Positions 1 to 9,782 of a stretch of DNA of 53,031 nt are shown one piece after another. The notes under the pieces are model-generated. The model worked only from the letters and a program-made list of their open reading frames with translations, made no database searches and was not told where the DNA came from. Numbering within the stretch: position 1 is the stretch's first letter; each line of letters starts with the position of its first letter. This stretch comes from Thermoplasmata archaeon (GTDB lineage Archaea; Thermoplasmatota; Thermoplasmata; GCA-020350865). Made by a program: the position numbers and the translations under genes. The DNA is taken from the NCBI GenBank assembly GCA_020348445.1, contig CP070751.1:4462970-4516000 (forward strand), read 5' to 3'.

Positions 1-277
1 AAATCATGGATTCTAGAATCAAGCCTACGATAGTACAACTCCATGTTGTAGTTAATAGCAATAACAAATAAAATAGACCAATTGCATCGGGATCACCTGT
101 GCTTTCTGCTTGAAGACCGACTAGATAGGTAAATACAATGAAGCCCATCACCAATTGCCATTCATAAGGTTTTTCCCAAAGGGGCTTAAGAAAAAAATGC
201 CAAGGAATGACGACAATTAAGCAAAGCCCAATTAATCCGAGAACACGTACTATTAAATATTTGATTTTCGTACCCAA
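1..277 (-). CDS. Membrane protein of unknown function, N-terminal part only (runs off the window edge)
   Basis: Not in the ORF track. Reverse strand reads GAGGAG-ata-TTG(277), then an open frame MGTKIKYLIVRVLGLIGLCLIVVIPWHFFLKPLWEKPYEWQLVMGFIVFTYLVGLQ... with several hydrophobic segments. Confidence 0.6.
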   Translation of the reverse strand, partial: MGTKIKYLIVRVLGLIGLCLIVVIPWHFFLKPLWEKPYEWQLVMGFIVFTYLVGLQAESTGDPDAIGLFYLLLLLTTTWSCTIVGLILESMI

Positions 278-386
278 TATCTCCTCTAAGATTACATGAT
301 ACTGTTATCTTATATATATAGTTTATATCAGTTATATTAGTCCCTCCATGCAACAAAAGAAGAAAACATGGGCAAAAGTCCCTTTT

Positions 387-1184
387 TCACAACAGAGCCT
401 CATAAACTATGAAGTGTCTTAAAGCATAAGGAATATGATTTTCGATATTGTTTACTATGAACCTAATTGCCGATTTTGGAATATGGGAAAAGACGGAATC
501 AGGTAGGGGAGGACCGAAGCTTTTTTGGAAAATGGTTTTAAGGCCACTTCCTTTTCCCAGCGCAATGAGCTCAGATTTGGTGTATCCCTCGACCTTGTGC
601 ATATGTGGATTTGAGCGGTCCAACTGTTCATTTCCCATAAGCTCGGGATGAAGCGTCAAATCGACTCCCCCCCTCTTGGCCAGGGAAAGTGCCAGTGATT
701 TCGGTAATCTGCGAAGGATCTTTTGTGTGAGGTTATCGCTGTTGGGTGTGGTGAGAATGAGAATGCCCCCTTTTCTCAGTATCCTGGCAACCTCTTTATA
801 AAAACCCTTGGGCTCATTCAGATGTTCGAGAAGTTCTGATGCTATAACAATATCAAAACAATCATTTGAAAAAGGCAGGCCTAAATCGACATTGGCCTGG
901 ACACATTTTATGTTGGGGGCTTTTTTCGATATATAAATCAATCTCTCGGTCTCGATGTCCAGGGCGACACAGCCGGGGGATATGGCGCTTAATCCGAAAA
1001 TCAAGTGGCCGGTTCCGCTTCCCACATCCAGGATACTTTGATGCCTTCTTTTTCGGACCTCCTTGATTATCATGGTGTTGACTTTCACATACTGGATCTG
1101 CTGAAAATACGGATGGGGAACACTGAGGCTTTTATTGAAGGCCGTGTAATCGGAAATAAAGCTCTTCGTTGCCGGGTCCGTCAT
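387..1184 (-). CDS. Class I SAM-dependent methyltransferase (Methyltransf_11-like)
   Basis: SAM motif ILDVGSGTG, LPFSNDCFDIVIASELLEHL, and RILRKGGILILTTPN. Confidence 0.85.
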   Translation of the reverse strand: MTDPATKSFISDYTAFNKSLSVPHPYFQQIQYVKVNTMIIKEVRKRRHQSILDVGSGTGHLIFGLSAISPGCVALDIETERLIYISKKAPNIKCVQANVDLGLPFSNDCFDIVIASELLEHLNEPKGFYKEVARILRKGGILILTTPNSDNLTQKILRRLPKSLALSLAKRGGVDLTLHPELMGNEQLDRSNPHMHKVEGYTKSELIALGKGSGLKTIFQKSFGPPLPDSVFSHIPKSAIRFIVNNIENHIPYALRHFIVYEALL

Positions 1185-1354
1185 CCTTTTCCTTTAAGGG
1201 GTTTTGTTATAAAAATATATTCGCCCCTTTGGATGAAGGTTTGGGTATGTATAAAAGGATTTTTTACCCTTTTAAAAATCCCAACCCAACCCAAAAATAT
1301 GTAATATACTATAACTATTCAGTGTCTAATAATGCTCAATTTGGGGGGATATAT

Positions 1355-2797
1355 GTGTACATCGACAAACTCAGGGAAAAATTAGGTACCGAGAAGGTTT
1401 TAACAGAGGATTTTGAAAGGTACGTTTACGGCGCTGACTGGAGCCCGAGGACAAAGGATGAGATATTTCCACCAGATGTTGTGATAGTTCCGAAAACCAC
1501 GGAGGATGTGGCAGGTGCTGTTACCATTGCCTACGAGCACGGAATTCCAGTCACTGCAGGGGGAGGACTTACTGGAATGGCAGGAGGTGCCGTTCCCATT
1601 CACGCAGGTATTTACATAGATGCCACAAGTATGAATAAAATCATAGAGGTGGATGTACGAAATCAGACAGTCAGGGCCCAGGGCGGGGCCACTCTCCAGG
1701 AGATAAACGATTCAGTAAAAGATCACGGCCTTTGGCTTCCAAATCTCCCTGAATCCAAGTGGGTGTGCACAATAGGCTCTGAGATCGCCTGTGACAATGA
1801 TTCCACATTTGGAATGAGATACGGCAAGATTCTCAATGCACTACTTTCAGTGCAGATCGTGACAGGGACAGGAGATATCCTGGAACTGGGGCACAGAAAG
1901 TGCCATTTCACATCCTCTGGGTACAAGTTAAAGGATCTTCTTGTGGGAAGTGAGGGAACACTGGGAGTGATAACAGAGGCTACGGTGAAGGTGGAGCCCA
2001 TTCCAGATGAAAGACGTGTGGAGATGATAATATTCCCCTCCATGGGAACAGCTGTTTCGTACCTTGACAGGCTGCTTAAAGCAGGACTAACTGTGGAGGG
2101 TGCGCACATCAACTGCAAAAGAAGACTGAAGTTCTATACCCACGCATACCGGAAAAAATATGGCAAGGATCCCGAGATCCCTGATTGGGCAGGTGCCCTT
2201 TTGGCTATAATCTTCGCAGGTGATAAGGAGGTCGTGGATTTTGAAAGAAACTATGCACTGGGTATAGCTGAGAATATGGAAGGGGAGCTTGTCAAGGAAA
2301 GGGAGATTGTGGAAGGTTGGTGGATATCCAAACATACACTTGAGTTTCCCCCCTTCAAACAGAAATGGCCTGATTCCCAGAGGGAAAAGAAGTTCGGAGC
2401 AGTGGATCCTGGTATTCCCATGGGAAGGCTCGAAGAATTCTATGATGTGTTCGTAAAAACTGCAGAGAAGCACAATCTCCAGATACTGGGCATGAACGCC
2501 TATCTCGAGCACCCCAACAGCATCGGTTTTTCACTGTCTTGTGCATTGTTTGTGGACTACCATGATCAGGACGAGGTAAATAGATACAGAAAGTACTTTG
2601 AGGATATGGCAAAGGCTGCAGTGGACTTCGAGGGTACGATGAGCACGTATATGAGCGACACAGACCTTAAGGTGCCTTATTTTGAATATGAGCATGGGAA
2701 GAGCACTGAGTACATGAAGAAAGTCAAGGAATTATTCGATCCCAAAGGTATCATGAATCCAGGCAAGAAGTTCAAATACAGGGGTGGTGGCAAATGA
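1355..2797 (+). CDS. FAD-binding oxidoreductase, GlcD/D-lactate dehydrogenase (PCMH) family, with a divergent active site
   Basis: PDVVIVPKTTEDV, GGGLTGMAGG, GYKLKDLLVGSEGTLGVITE and C-terminal FDPKGIMNPGK. Start moved from 1169 to GTG 1355, which follows a GGGGGGA RBS. Confidence 0.85.
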   Translation: MYIDKLREKLGTEKVLTEDFERYVYGADWSPRTKDEIFPPDVVIVPKTTEDVAGAVTIAYEHGIPVTAGGGLTGMAGGAVPIHAGIYIDATSMNKIIEVDVRNQTVRAQGGATLQEINDSVKDHGLWLPNLPESKWVCTIGSEIACDNDSTFGMRYGKILNALLSVQIVTGTGDILELGHRKCHFTSSGYKLKDLLVGSEGTLGVITEATVKVEPIPDERRVEMIIFPSMGTAVSYLDRLLKAGLTVEGAHINCKRRLKFYTHAYRKKYGKDPEIPDWAGALLAIIFAGDKEVVDFERNYALGIAENMEGELVKEREIVEGWWISKHTLEFPPFKQKWPDSQREKKFGAVDPGIPMGRLEEFYDVFVKTAEKHNLQILGMNAYLEHPNSIGFSLSCALFVDYHDQDEVNRYRKYFEDMAKAAVDFEGTMSTYMSDTDLKVPYFEYEHGKSTEYMKKVKELFDPKGIMNPGKKFKYRGGGK

Positions 2798-3876
2798 GCC
2801 TGGCTGATTACAAAGAGGATGTGGAAACTTGTTTTGGGGCATCCTGCGGATTTTGCGAAAGAAAATGTCCAGTCTATCAGATATTGAAGAAGAAAACCTT
2901 CACATCCCGGGGAAGAAACAGGGCGATTTTGGGTATAATCGAGGGCAAGGTCAAACCATCTGCCGCCTTGGCCGAGGCCTATTATCAATGCATGTTATGC
3001 GGCTGCTGCGAGAGATGGTGCGCACTTCCTGATACTGAGATAGAAAGGGAGCTGAGAAAATACCTGGTTGAAGAGGGTTTTGAGATAGAGAAGCATAAAA
3101 AGAACGTAGAGAACGTGATGAAGTTCGGCAATCCTTATGGTAAAGAAGATTTGAATAAATGGAGAGAGGGAATAAAATTCGCCTCTTTAAAAGAAACTGA
3201 TACACTGTTTTTTGCAGGGTGCACAATGCCCCTTAGACAGCCTGAAACATTAAGACGCGCAGTGGAGCTCTTAGGGCCCGAGAAACTTGCGGTAATGGAT
3301 GAGGAGATATGCTGTGGAAGCTACGTTCTTCGAACCGGTTATGAGAAGGAGTACAACGAGCTCTCCGATAGATTCATAAAATACCTAAAGGACAACGAAA
3401 TCAAGAAGATCATAACTGCCTGTCCTGGATGCCATACGACAATATCGGAAAAATTAGAGAAGCACGGCCTTGAAATAGAAGTAACGCACATAATCCAGGA
3501 ATATGTAGAAATGCTTGAAAAACATAAATTAACTGTGAAAAAATTGCTTGGAAAGGCGACATACCACGATCCATGCCACCTCGGGAGACTGGAGGATCTA
3601 ATTGATGAACCAAGGGAGATTTTGAGACAGATTTCAGATTTTCGGGAGATGGAAAATCACGGTTACGATTCCAATTGCTGCGGTGCAGGGGGCGGGGTTA
3701 GGGCAGCATATCCAGAGCTTTCCATGGAGATCGCAAAAAAGAGAATAGAGGAGGCAAAGGCAACAGGGGCTGAGATTCTGATTTCGTCGTGCCCATTTTG
3801 CGAGGAGCAGTTCAAGACAATTGGTGGAATTGCGGTCATGGACATAATAGATGCGATTTGGGAGGCTGTGAAATAG
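2794..3876 (+). CDS. Fe-S protein with two 4Fe-4S motifs and two CCG domains (GlcF/HdrD-like); partner of the upstream FAD oxidase
   Basis: CFGASCGFCERKCP, CMLCGCCERWC, EICCG, CPGC, YHDPCHLGR, NCCGAGGG, SCPFC. ATGA overlap with the upstream gene. Confidence 0.88.
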   Translation: MSLADYKEDVETCFGASCGFCERKCPVYQILKKKTFTSRGRNRAILGIIEGKVKPSAALAEAYYQCMLCGCCERWCALPDTEIERELRKYLVEEGFEIEKHKKNVENVMKFGNPYGKEDLNKWREGIKFASLKETDTLFFAGCTMPLRQPETLRRAVELLGPEKLAVMDEEICCGSYVLRTGYEKEYNELSDRFIKYLKDNEIKKIITACPGCHTTISEKLEKHGLEIEVTHIIQEYVEMLEKHKLTVKKLLGKATYHDPCHLGRLEDLIDEPREILRQISDFREMENHGYDSNCCGAGGGVRAAYPELSMEIAKKRIEEAKATGAEILISSCPFCEEQFKTIGGIAVMDIIDAIWEAVK

Positions 3877-3927
3877 TACTTCTTAGGATTTTGAATTGCG
3901 AAAATATATTTTTTTAGAGAGTATTTT

Positions 3928-3947
3928 TTATCTTACGCATAAGATAA
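3928..3947. promoter_or_regulatory. Putative operator: 8-4-8 inverted repeat TTATCTTA-cgca-TAAGATAA
   Basis: Perfect inverted arms lying just downstream of a CGAAAATATATT BRE/TATA-like element and upstream of the 4005 start. Confidence 0.35.
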
Positions 3948-4004
3948 TATATTTTGGATACCTATCCCGCTTCACCCAAGGGCCTTGGGTTTTGGGGTAC
4001 ATTG

Positions 4005-5138
4005 ATGAAGAGAAAACTGGCCTTGTTGATTGTAGTTTCTGTTGTTATGATCATAATGATGATACTTCTTACAGATCCAAAAAAAATGGCCCATATCCTG
4101 AGAAAAACCAATGTTTTTATAATTTTATGTGTGATTGGGCTTTATCTGTTAAACGGCTTTGTCAAGGCACTTCGATGGCATCTTCTGGTGCGCTCTTCTG
4201 GAAGTGCCATCTCATTTTCAAGGATCTATCTTTTTCTGTTAATTGGACTTATGGTCAACAACACGACCCCGGGACGTGTGGGCGGGGAGCCCGTTCGAGC
4301 CTATCTTCTTCGCTCTAGAGATGATGTCCCCATAGGTCAAGGTCTTTCCACTATTTTTGCAGAGCGGATCATGGATCTTATTGTTCTGACGTCCATGGCA
4401 CTCATCGGTGTTGCCCTGATCATTCCGTTCTTGGTGGATTCTGATTTTAGTGTCGGATTGCTTCTGATATCCTTTATCCCTGTGATAGTGGTGATCATTA
4501 CCCTGATTTACATGGCCACGCATCCCGAATTGCTCAGAAGAGCTGCACTTGGTTTGTGCATATTCCTTAAAAAAGTCTCCAAAAAGGACTGGGCACAGAA
4601 AGCAGAAAGCGGTCTTTTGTCATTTGTTGATTCCTTTTCAGAGGGAATCGATAATATGGGAAAGGACCTGAGAACAAATAAGAAAACTGGTTTTGCATTT
4701 GTCGTACTCACAGTTCTTGTGTGGCTCAATGAAGCCGGCAGGATTTATCTGATATTACTTGCCCTGCCCGGTATAGAAGCACCCTCATTTGGTGCCGTGC
4801 TCATCGCATCCAGTGTGGCTACGGTCTTTGGTGCTGTACTGCCAATCGGGGCCATGCACGCCACACTGATTACATCTGTTTTTGCCGCTCTACAGATTGA
4901 TGTATCCTCTGCTGCTGCGGCAGGAATCCTGGTTGTGATGACATCTATTTGGCTTTCAATACCACTTGGGATTTTAGCAATGTTCGTTGTGGGATTGAAG
5001 ATAGACAAAAAAAGTGGCGAGATAGTGAAAAAGGGGGAGAATGAGGAGCTGGAGGTGGAGGTAGAGGAGAGGGAGGAGGAGAAGGGGAAGGTAAAGGAGG
5101 AGAACGATGAAGAGTCTAGAGATAAAGGCGATTCTTAG
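4005..5138 (+). CDS. Lysylphosphatidylglycerol-synthase-TM / flippase-like (YbhN/AglD2-type) membrane protein with an acidic C-terminal tail
   Basis: ALRWHLLV, NNTTPGRVGGEPVRAYLL and TIFAERIMD motifs; multiple TM helices; tail EELEVEVEEREEE. Start set at ATG 4005 after GGGGT. Confidence 0.8.
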   Translation: MKRKLALLIVVSVVMIIMMILLTDPKKMAHILRKTNVFIILCVIGLYLLNGFVKALRWHLLVRSSGSAISFSRIYLFLLIGLMVNNTTPGRVGGEPVRAYLLRSRDDVPIGQGLSTIFAERIMDLIVLTSMALIGVALIIPFLVDSDFSVGLLLISFIPVIVVIITLIYMATHPELLRRAALGLCIFLKKVSKKDWAQKAESGLLSFVDSFSEGIDNMGKDLRTNKKTGFAFVVLTVLVWLNEAGRIYLILLALPGIEAPSFGAVLIASSVATVFGAVLPIGAMHATLITSVFAALQIDVSSAAAAGILVVMTSIWLSIPLGILAMFVVGLKIDKKSGEIVKKGENEELEVEVEEREEEKGKVKEENDEESRDKGDS

Positions 5139-5283
5139 GTTATGGATTTTTTTTCTTTATTCATAATTTATCATACGAAACTTTTTTTTCTATGTATAGC
5201 AATTGGGCGAAAAACCTAATCCATATAATAAATAGAGTACAAGGCATTTGTGTACATTTATACTGACAAACACGGTAATTATC

Positions 5284-6717
5284 ATGAACAAGATAAATGA
5301 TTTCAATTTGAAAGGGAAACTGGATATCCTGCACTTACAATCCAATGTAAAAACCGCATTCTTAATTCTATATATTATTGTGTTGGCCTTCACTGTCTTG
5401 TTCGGAGTTTATCTACTGACTTATTTTCTTTTCATTTTCTTATTCTTGATTGTGGCATCTAGTCTGGGTGGATATAAATTCTTCGATAAAATCGTCTCCT
5501 CCCCCACATGGCAGAAGATCCTGATGATATTCATGTTTGCATTTATTTTACGCGCACTCATGCTCGGCCAGACCCAGATAATCTGCGAGGATTTAGAGAA
5601 TTACATATATAGAAGCGAAAACCTCTTGGATGGGCGCATACCTTATACTGAATACGACGGGGGAAGCAAACCACCGCTTTATCAGTACATGCTCTATTTG
5701 ATGGGTTTCGTATTTACACCTGGAAAAGTGCAGTTTCGGGCGGTTTTTTCGGTGTTTGATTCGTTGATTGCAGTGGCTTTGTATTTTCTCTGTAAAACAA
5801 AATATGATGAGCGTTTTTCAGTTGTAGCCAGTCTCATATATGCTCTCTTTCCTGTGGGTATAATCAGTATTGGGCTTTCCGGGCATTACGATCCAGTGGT
5901 CATCCTTTTCACACTATTTGCTATGTTAATGCTTTTAAAAAACAGGCTCGGCCTTTCAAGCCTATCCCTTGGGACTGCCTTTGCCCTGAAACTGTATCCT
6001 ATAGTCCTTCTCCCGTTTTTTCTAACCACGATTAAGACCTGGAGATCGAGAATAATATACACGATTTTGTTTCTTGTCCCATCTATTGCATCCCATGGAT
6101 TACTTTACATATTATCACCAGATGCTTTTTTCGAGTATTTTGCAGTTCAATCCAAATGGGATGGCTCAAGTGCATTTTCAAGTACAATCGAGACCATATT
6201 GGGCACAAGCACGATCTTCTCTATTAAGATATCGTGGCTGGGCTTTTTGTTTTTCGGATTTCTCAATTTACTTTTACTTCTGGATTGGCTTTCCCCAAAC
6301 CGCCATAAAAACCTGATTAAGTGGTTCAAGATTATTATAGTGATATATATGATCTATTATGGCTTCTATCTGATATATGGAGTCCTCTATTATGGAGGTC
6401 CCTTATACATGGCCTTGATTCTCGCGGAAATCTACTTCCTTTTCATGGTCTTTATTCTACACAAATATCTAGATATAATTGCACCTAAATCCTTAACTGA
6501 TTTCGACTCAGAGGGCTTATTTGTTGTTTCAACATTTTCCATCATGTTATTCATATTTGGACTGCCCAATTATGTGATTTGGTACTTTCTGTGGTTCCTG
6601 CCGTTTCTTCTGGCCATAAAAACCGATAGAATAAGATACATTTTACTATGGTTATTTCCATGGCACGGAATTGGTCAAAATGTGAGCCTGGCGCCTGGAA
6701 CTCCTCCTGTCAATTGA
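5284..6717 (+). CDS. GT-C fold glycosyltransferase (GT87 / PIG-M-like mannosyltransferase family)
   Basis: Luminal loop DLENY...IPYTEY...KPPLY, GHYD motif, KLYP motif, and more than 10 hydrophobic segments. Confidence 0.65.
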   Translation: MNKINDFNLKGKLDILHLQSNVKTAFLILYIIVLAFTVLFGVYLLTYFLFIFLFLIVASSLGGYKFFDKIVSSPTWQKILMIFMFAFILRALMLGQTQIICEDLENYIYRSENLLDGRIPYTEYDGGSKPPLYQYMLYLMGFVFTPGKVQFRAVFSVFDSLIAVALYFLCKTKYDERFSVVASLIYALFPVGIISIGLSGHYDPVVILFTLFAMLMLLKNRLGLSSLSLGTAFALKLYPIVLLPFFLTTIKTWRSRIIYTILFLVPSIASHGLLYILSPDAFFEYFAVQSKWDGSSAFSSTIETILGTSTIFSIKISWLGFLFFGFLNLLLLLDWLSPNRHKNLIKWFKIIIVIYMIYYGFYLIYGVLYYGGPLYMALILAEIYFLFMVFILHKYLDIIAPKSLTDFDSEGLFVVSTFSIMLFIFGLPNYVIWYFLWFLPFLLAIKTDRIRYILLWLFPWHGIGQNVSLAPGTPPVN

Positions 6718-6724
6718 GTTAATA

Positions 6725-8614
6725 TTAGAACTTTTCAGGTGGGATGTAATCCCCGAGCTCGCTTTTTGCCTTCTCCAACCTTGCCCTCTGCTCTTCTAAT
6801 ACAGTAAATACTATATCTGGAGTGTCCAGTACTCTTTCTTTGTATATTTTCATCAACCTGTCGATTTTGGCCAGGCTCTCAGGTATTCGGATCTTGAATT
6901 GTTTTACATAGTCATCTTCAGAATAATCCTTGTTGTAAACCTCCAAAAACAGCCTCTTTAGATCCTCGTATTTTGGAATAAATCCGGTTGGTGTCTTTAT
7001 AGCATCGGCATCACCATTTACCCTTAGCTCCATCCATTTTAGCCAGATGCGCTTGTCGTTCTTGTGGTTCAGCCATTTTCCCTCCTTGTCTTTTAGGAAG
7101 TAGTTCACAGAGAAGATTTTTGGCTGGTTTGTCAAATTCTTTCCAAAATCCAGGTTGTTCTGGATATACCTACCAATTGGTATAGATAGGAAATCCAAGT
7201 TTGACATGGGATTAAATACACGAACTCCCTCCTGCCCCAGTGTTGCCGCAGTGGTCTCTGACTCAAGTCCAGCTCCTTTTGTAATAATACCATGGGCCCA
7301 GTCATAGGCCTCCTCCACAGGAACCCATGTATCTGAATCCCGCCCACCATATATCAGACCGCTTATCAAAACACCCCTAGGATCGTCCATAATTTGATCG
7401 AAATTTTCGAGGAGCTTCATATCCAATGTAAATCTCGCGTTTTTGTGCGACGGTGTTATATTGTTATCTTTGGCGTCCTTTTTGCCTGCGAACCATTCAC
7501 CTGAGTGGTTGATCCCTTTTTCGGGGCGGTCACCGTCCATGCCGTTCCAGTAGATGGTGCGGTCGTCCTTGACCAGGACATTGGAGAATATGAGCTCGTT
7601 GTCGCTGTGAAGGGCTTTCCATTGGAGGTGGTCATCTGTGGAGTTTATTCCTTCTATTATTCCGAATATACCTTTTTCCACATTTACTGCATGTAAAGTT
7701 CCTTCAACATTCCTTAAGTATGCGATATCGTCCCCAACTATCCGCTCTCCCTCTATCATTGCAGTGGAGGTCTTTCCGCACATCGACGGGTACGCTCCCA
7801 TGAAATAACTCACCCTTTTATTTGGGCCATTCACACCGCCTATGAACATATGTTCGGTTAGCCATCCTTCTTTTGAAGCCCTGTTTATAGCAAGGCGCAT
7901 TGCCAGTTTCTTAAGACCAATTGTGTTACCGCCGTACTGTGTGTTGGCACTGTATATTACCTCGTCCACAAGGTCGATGTAAACCCTTCTGGATTCTATG
8001 TTCTTGCTCACCTGAAGGCCAAGCCCTGCTTCCTGGGTTTCACCCTGTGAATGCACGAACTTGAAGAATTTTGCCTCTTCACCCAATCTGACGAATTCTG
8101 AATAGGCCTGTCTGTAAAGCAAATCCTCACTGTGAGCCACGTAGGCCGAGTCTGTTAGCTGAACACAGGTAATCGTGAACTGGGAATTCTTTGGCCCTAA
8201 GCAGAAGAACTTGACAAAGAGTTCGTGCCCATCCATGATATTTGTCATAATGGAATATATCTCTTTTAGTCCTTCTTCCCTGTCCTTGGCATTGAGCTCT
8301 GGTCCGAGGTCCACACCTTCTGGTACGAGGAACTTTGTCTTGGCCTTGTCCCTTGCCTGATCAAAGTACCCGTCAAAGTGAACAGTGTGATTTGGCTTGG
8401 CGAGTCTTGCCTCTCCCTTGTCCCTTACTGCTGCGTCCCTTATGTACTGCAGATCCTCTTCTGAATCTGTGCAAACAAAAACGCTGGCTGGGTTGCAGAG
8501 CTCTATGAACTTTGCAATGAACTGATGAAGCTCGGTGTTGTTTACCTTCATGAGTTTTTGATGATCCTCATCCTTTAGTCTCGATTTCAGAATACCTTGA
8601 ACATCCTGATCCAT
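6725..8614 (-). CDS. pckG: Phosphoenolpyruvate carboxykinase (GTP), archaeal-type
   Basis: TQYGGNTIGLKKLAMR, kinase-1a GAYPSMCGKTSTAM, GDDIAY, FGIIEG, NARFT, FNPMSNLDF. GGAGGT RBS. Confidence 0.95.
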   Translation of the reverse strand: MDQDVQGILKSRLKDEDHQKLMKVNNTELHQFIAKFIELCNPASVFVCTDSEEDLQYIRDAAVRDKGEARLAKPNHTVHFDGYFDQARDKAKTKFLVPEGVDLGPELNAKDREEGLKEIYSIMTNIMDGHELFVKFFCLGPKNSQFTITCVQLTDSAYVAHSEDLLYRQAYSEFVRLGEEAKFFKFVHSQGETQEAGLGLQVSKNIESRRVYIDLVDEVIYSANTQYGGNTIGLKKLAMRLAINRASKEGWLTEHMFIGGVNGPNKRVSYFMGAYPSMCGKTSTAMIEGERIVGDDIAYLRNVEGTLHAVNVEKGIFGIIEGINSTDDHLQWKALHSDNELIFSNVLVKDDRTIYWNGMDGDRPEKGINHSGEWFAGKKDAKDNNITPSHKNARFTLDMKLLENFDQIMDDPRGVLISGLIYGGRDSDTWVPVEEAYDWAHGIITKGAGLESETTAATLGQEGVRVFNPMSNLDFLSIPIGRYIQNNLDFGKNLTNQPKIFSVNYFLKDKEGKWLNHKNDKRIWLKWMELRVNGDADAIKTPTGFIPKYEDLKRLFLEVYNKDYSEDDYVKQFKIRIPESLAKIDRLMKIYKERVLDTPDIVFTVLEEQRARLEKAKSELGDYIPPEKF

Positions 8615-8744
8615 AATACTACCTCCACCCCTATATCATGGGCACACCCTGAATATATTCGGATTTCATATAGTTTTGCATTAAAACGAGACGGATTTCG
8701 TCGTAAAAAACCTTAATCAGCGAAATTAAAGACCAATTTCGTCG

Positions 8745-8791
8745 AATCGAAACGTTTATGAGCTTTAAAAACAATGAATTTCTTGATATAT
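8745..8791 (+). promoter_or_regulatory. Repeated promoter cassette, copy 1 (BRE CGAAA + TTTAT, then TAAAAACAATGAA)
   Basis: AATCGAAACGTTTATGAGCTTTAAAAACAATGAATTTCTTGATATAT-ATG. Confidence 0.7.
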
Positions 8792-9733
8792 ATGAGGAAG
8801 GCAGGCTCCATTCTACTAACTACTACACTTATTTTATTGTCCCTCCTGAGCCTGCTTTCTTACACCACTTCAGCAGGCCCCACGACACAGGTTATATTAT
8901 CACCTGAATATCAGGAAACTGAGGTGGCGGTGGATCCTGAGTCAGATGGTACAACTTTGGTTCAGGTAAATGTTACAGTTCGGACCGAAAGCCCTTTAAC
9001 ATTAACTGTTGATCTTTATGTTGAATGGCCCCAAGCTTCAGTGAGTATAACCCCCTCCAGTTTGACATTCAATACTGTTGGATTTGAAACGAAGGAGGTA
9101 TCAGTCCAAATTCAGGTTCCATTATTAACGAGTTCTTCTTCAGATATTTCTTGTTTAATAGAGGGATTGTGGTATCAAGGTGCTTTCAGCGGCTCGGTTT
9201 ACCCCGCTACAATAAATGTTAAAGTCCTTCCTTTTTACGAATGTAATATATTCTCTGACGAACCAGAAAAATCTGTAATTCAAGGTGGGAGCACGGATTT
9301 CAATTTTACCATTGAAAACAAGGGGAACTGTGATGATATATATCACCTTGAAATTTTGAATATGGAAAAATTAAAGTCCCATGGAATACTGGTCCAAGGG
9401 ATTAGAGAAATTGCAATTGAAGAACAGAGTGTCGTAGAAATATATGTAGATGTTAGCACATCCTCAAACACCCCTTCGCAAAAACACGCCATCCATATAG
9501 TTATCACCTCCTCAAAATCTGAATCTGACCCTCATGGTTTGGTGAAGGAAGAATACATGATAGTAATTAATGTCCAGGGTTCTCCTGAGTTCGCAATTTT
9601 TTCAGATCCTTTGGTTTTTATCTCTATGTTGGGAGTTTCTTTGGTTATTATCCTGATAATTGCTGTTGTGATTGTTGGTATCATGATATACCGTAGAAAA
9701 GGTAGAGCCGTCATCGTTGTAGAGCCATCATAA
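8792..9733 (+). CDS. Array paralogue 1: signal peptide, two Ig-like domains (second is COG1470/NEW3-like), C-terminal TM and basic tail; resembles choice-of-anchor T proteins
   Basis: VAVDP...GLWYQG...LPFY; FTIENKGNCDDIY; TM followed by RRKGR. Start set at ATG 8792 by alignment with the paralogues. Confidence 0.75.
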   Translation: MRKAGSILLTTTLILLSLLSLLSYTTSAGPTTQVILSPEYQETEVAVDPESDGTTLVQVNVTVRTESPLTLTVDLYVEWPQASVSITPSSLTFNTVGFETKEVSVQIQVPLLTSSSSDISCLIEGLWYQGAFSGSVYPATINVKVLPFYECNIFSDEPEKSVIQGGSTDFNFTIENKGNCDDIYHLEILNMEKLKSHGILVQGIREIAIEEQSVVEIYVDVSTSSNTPSQKHAIHIVITSSKSESDPHGLVKEEYMIVINVQGSPEFAIFSDPLVFISMLGVSLVIILIIAVVIVGIMIYRRKGRAVIVVEPS

Positions 9734-9735
9734 TA

Positions 9736-9782
9736 AAACGAAAATTTTATCATATTCAAGTTATATATATTTCTTTGATATT
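9736..9782 (+). promoter_or_regulatory. Repeated promoter cassette, copy 2 (most diverged)
   Basis: AAACGAAAATTTTATCATATTCAAGTTATATATATTTCTTTGATATT-ATG. Confidence 0.55.

Noticed and set aside
5020-5125. Purine-only, G-rich tract as a G-quadruplex or repeat element
   Set aside because: It is fully explained by GAG/GAA/AAG codons of the acidic protein tail.
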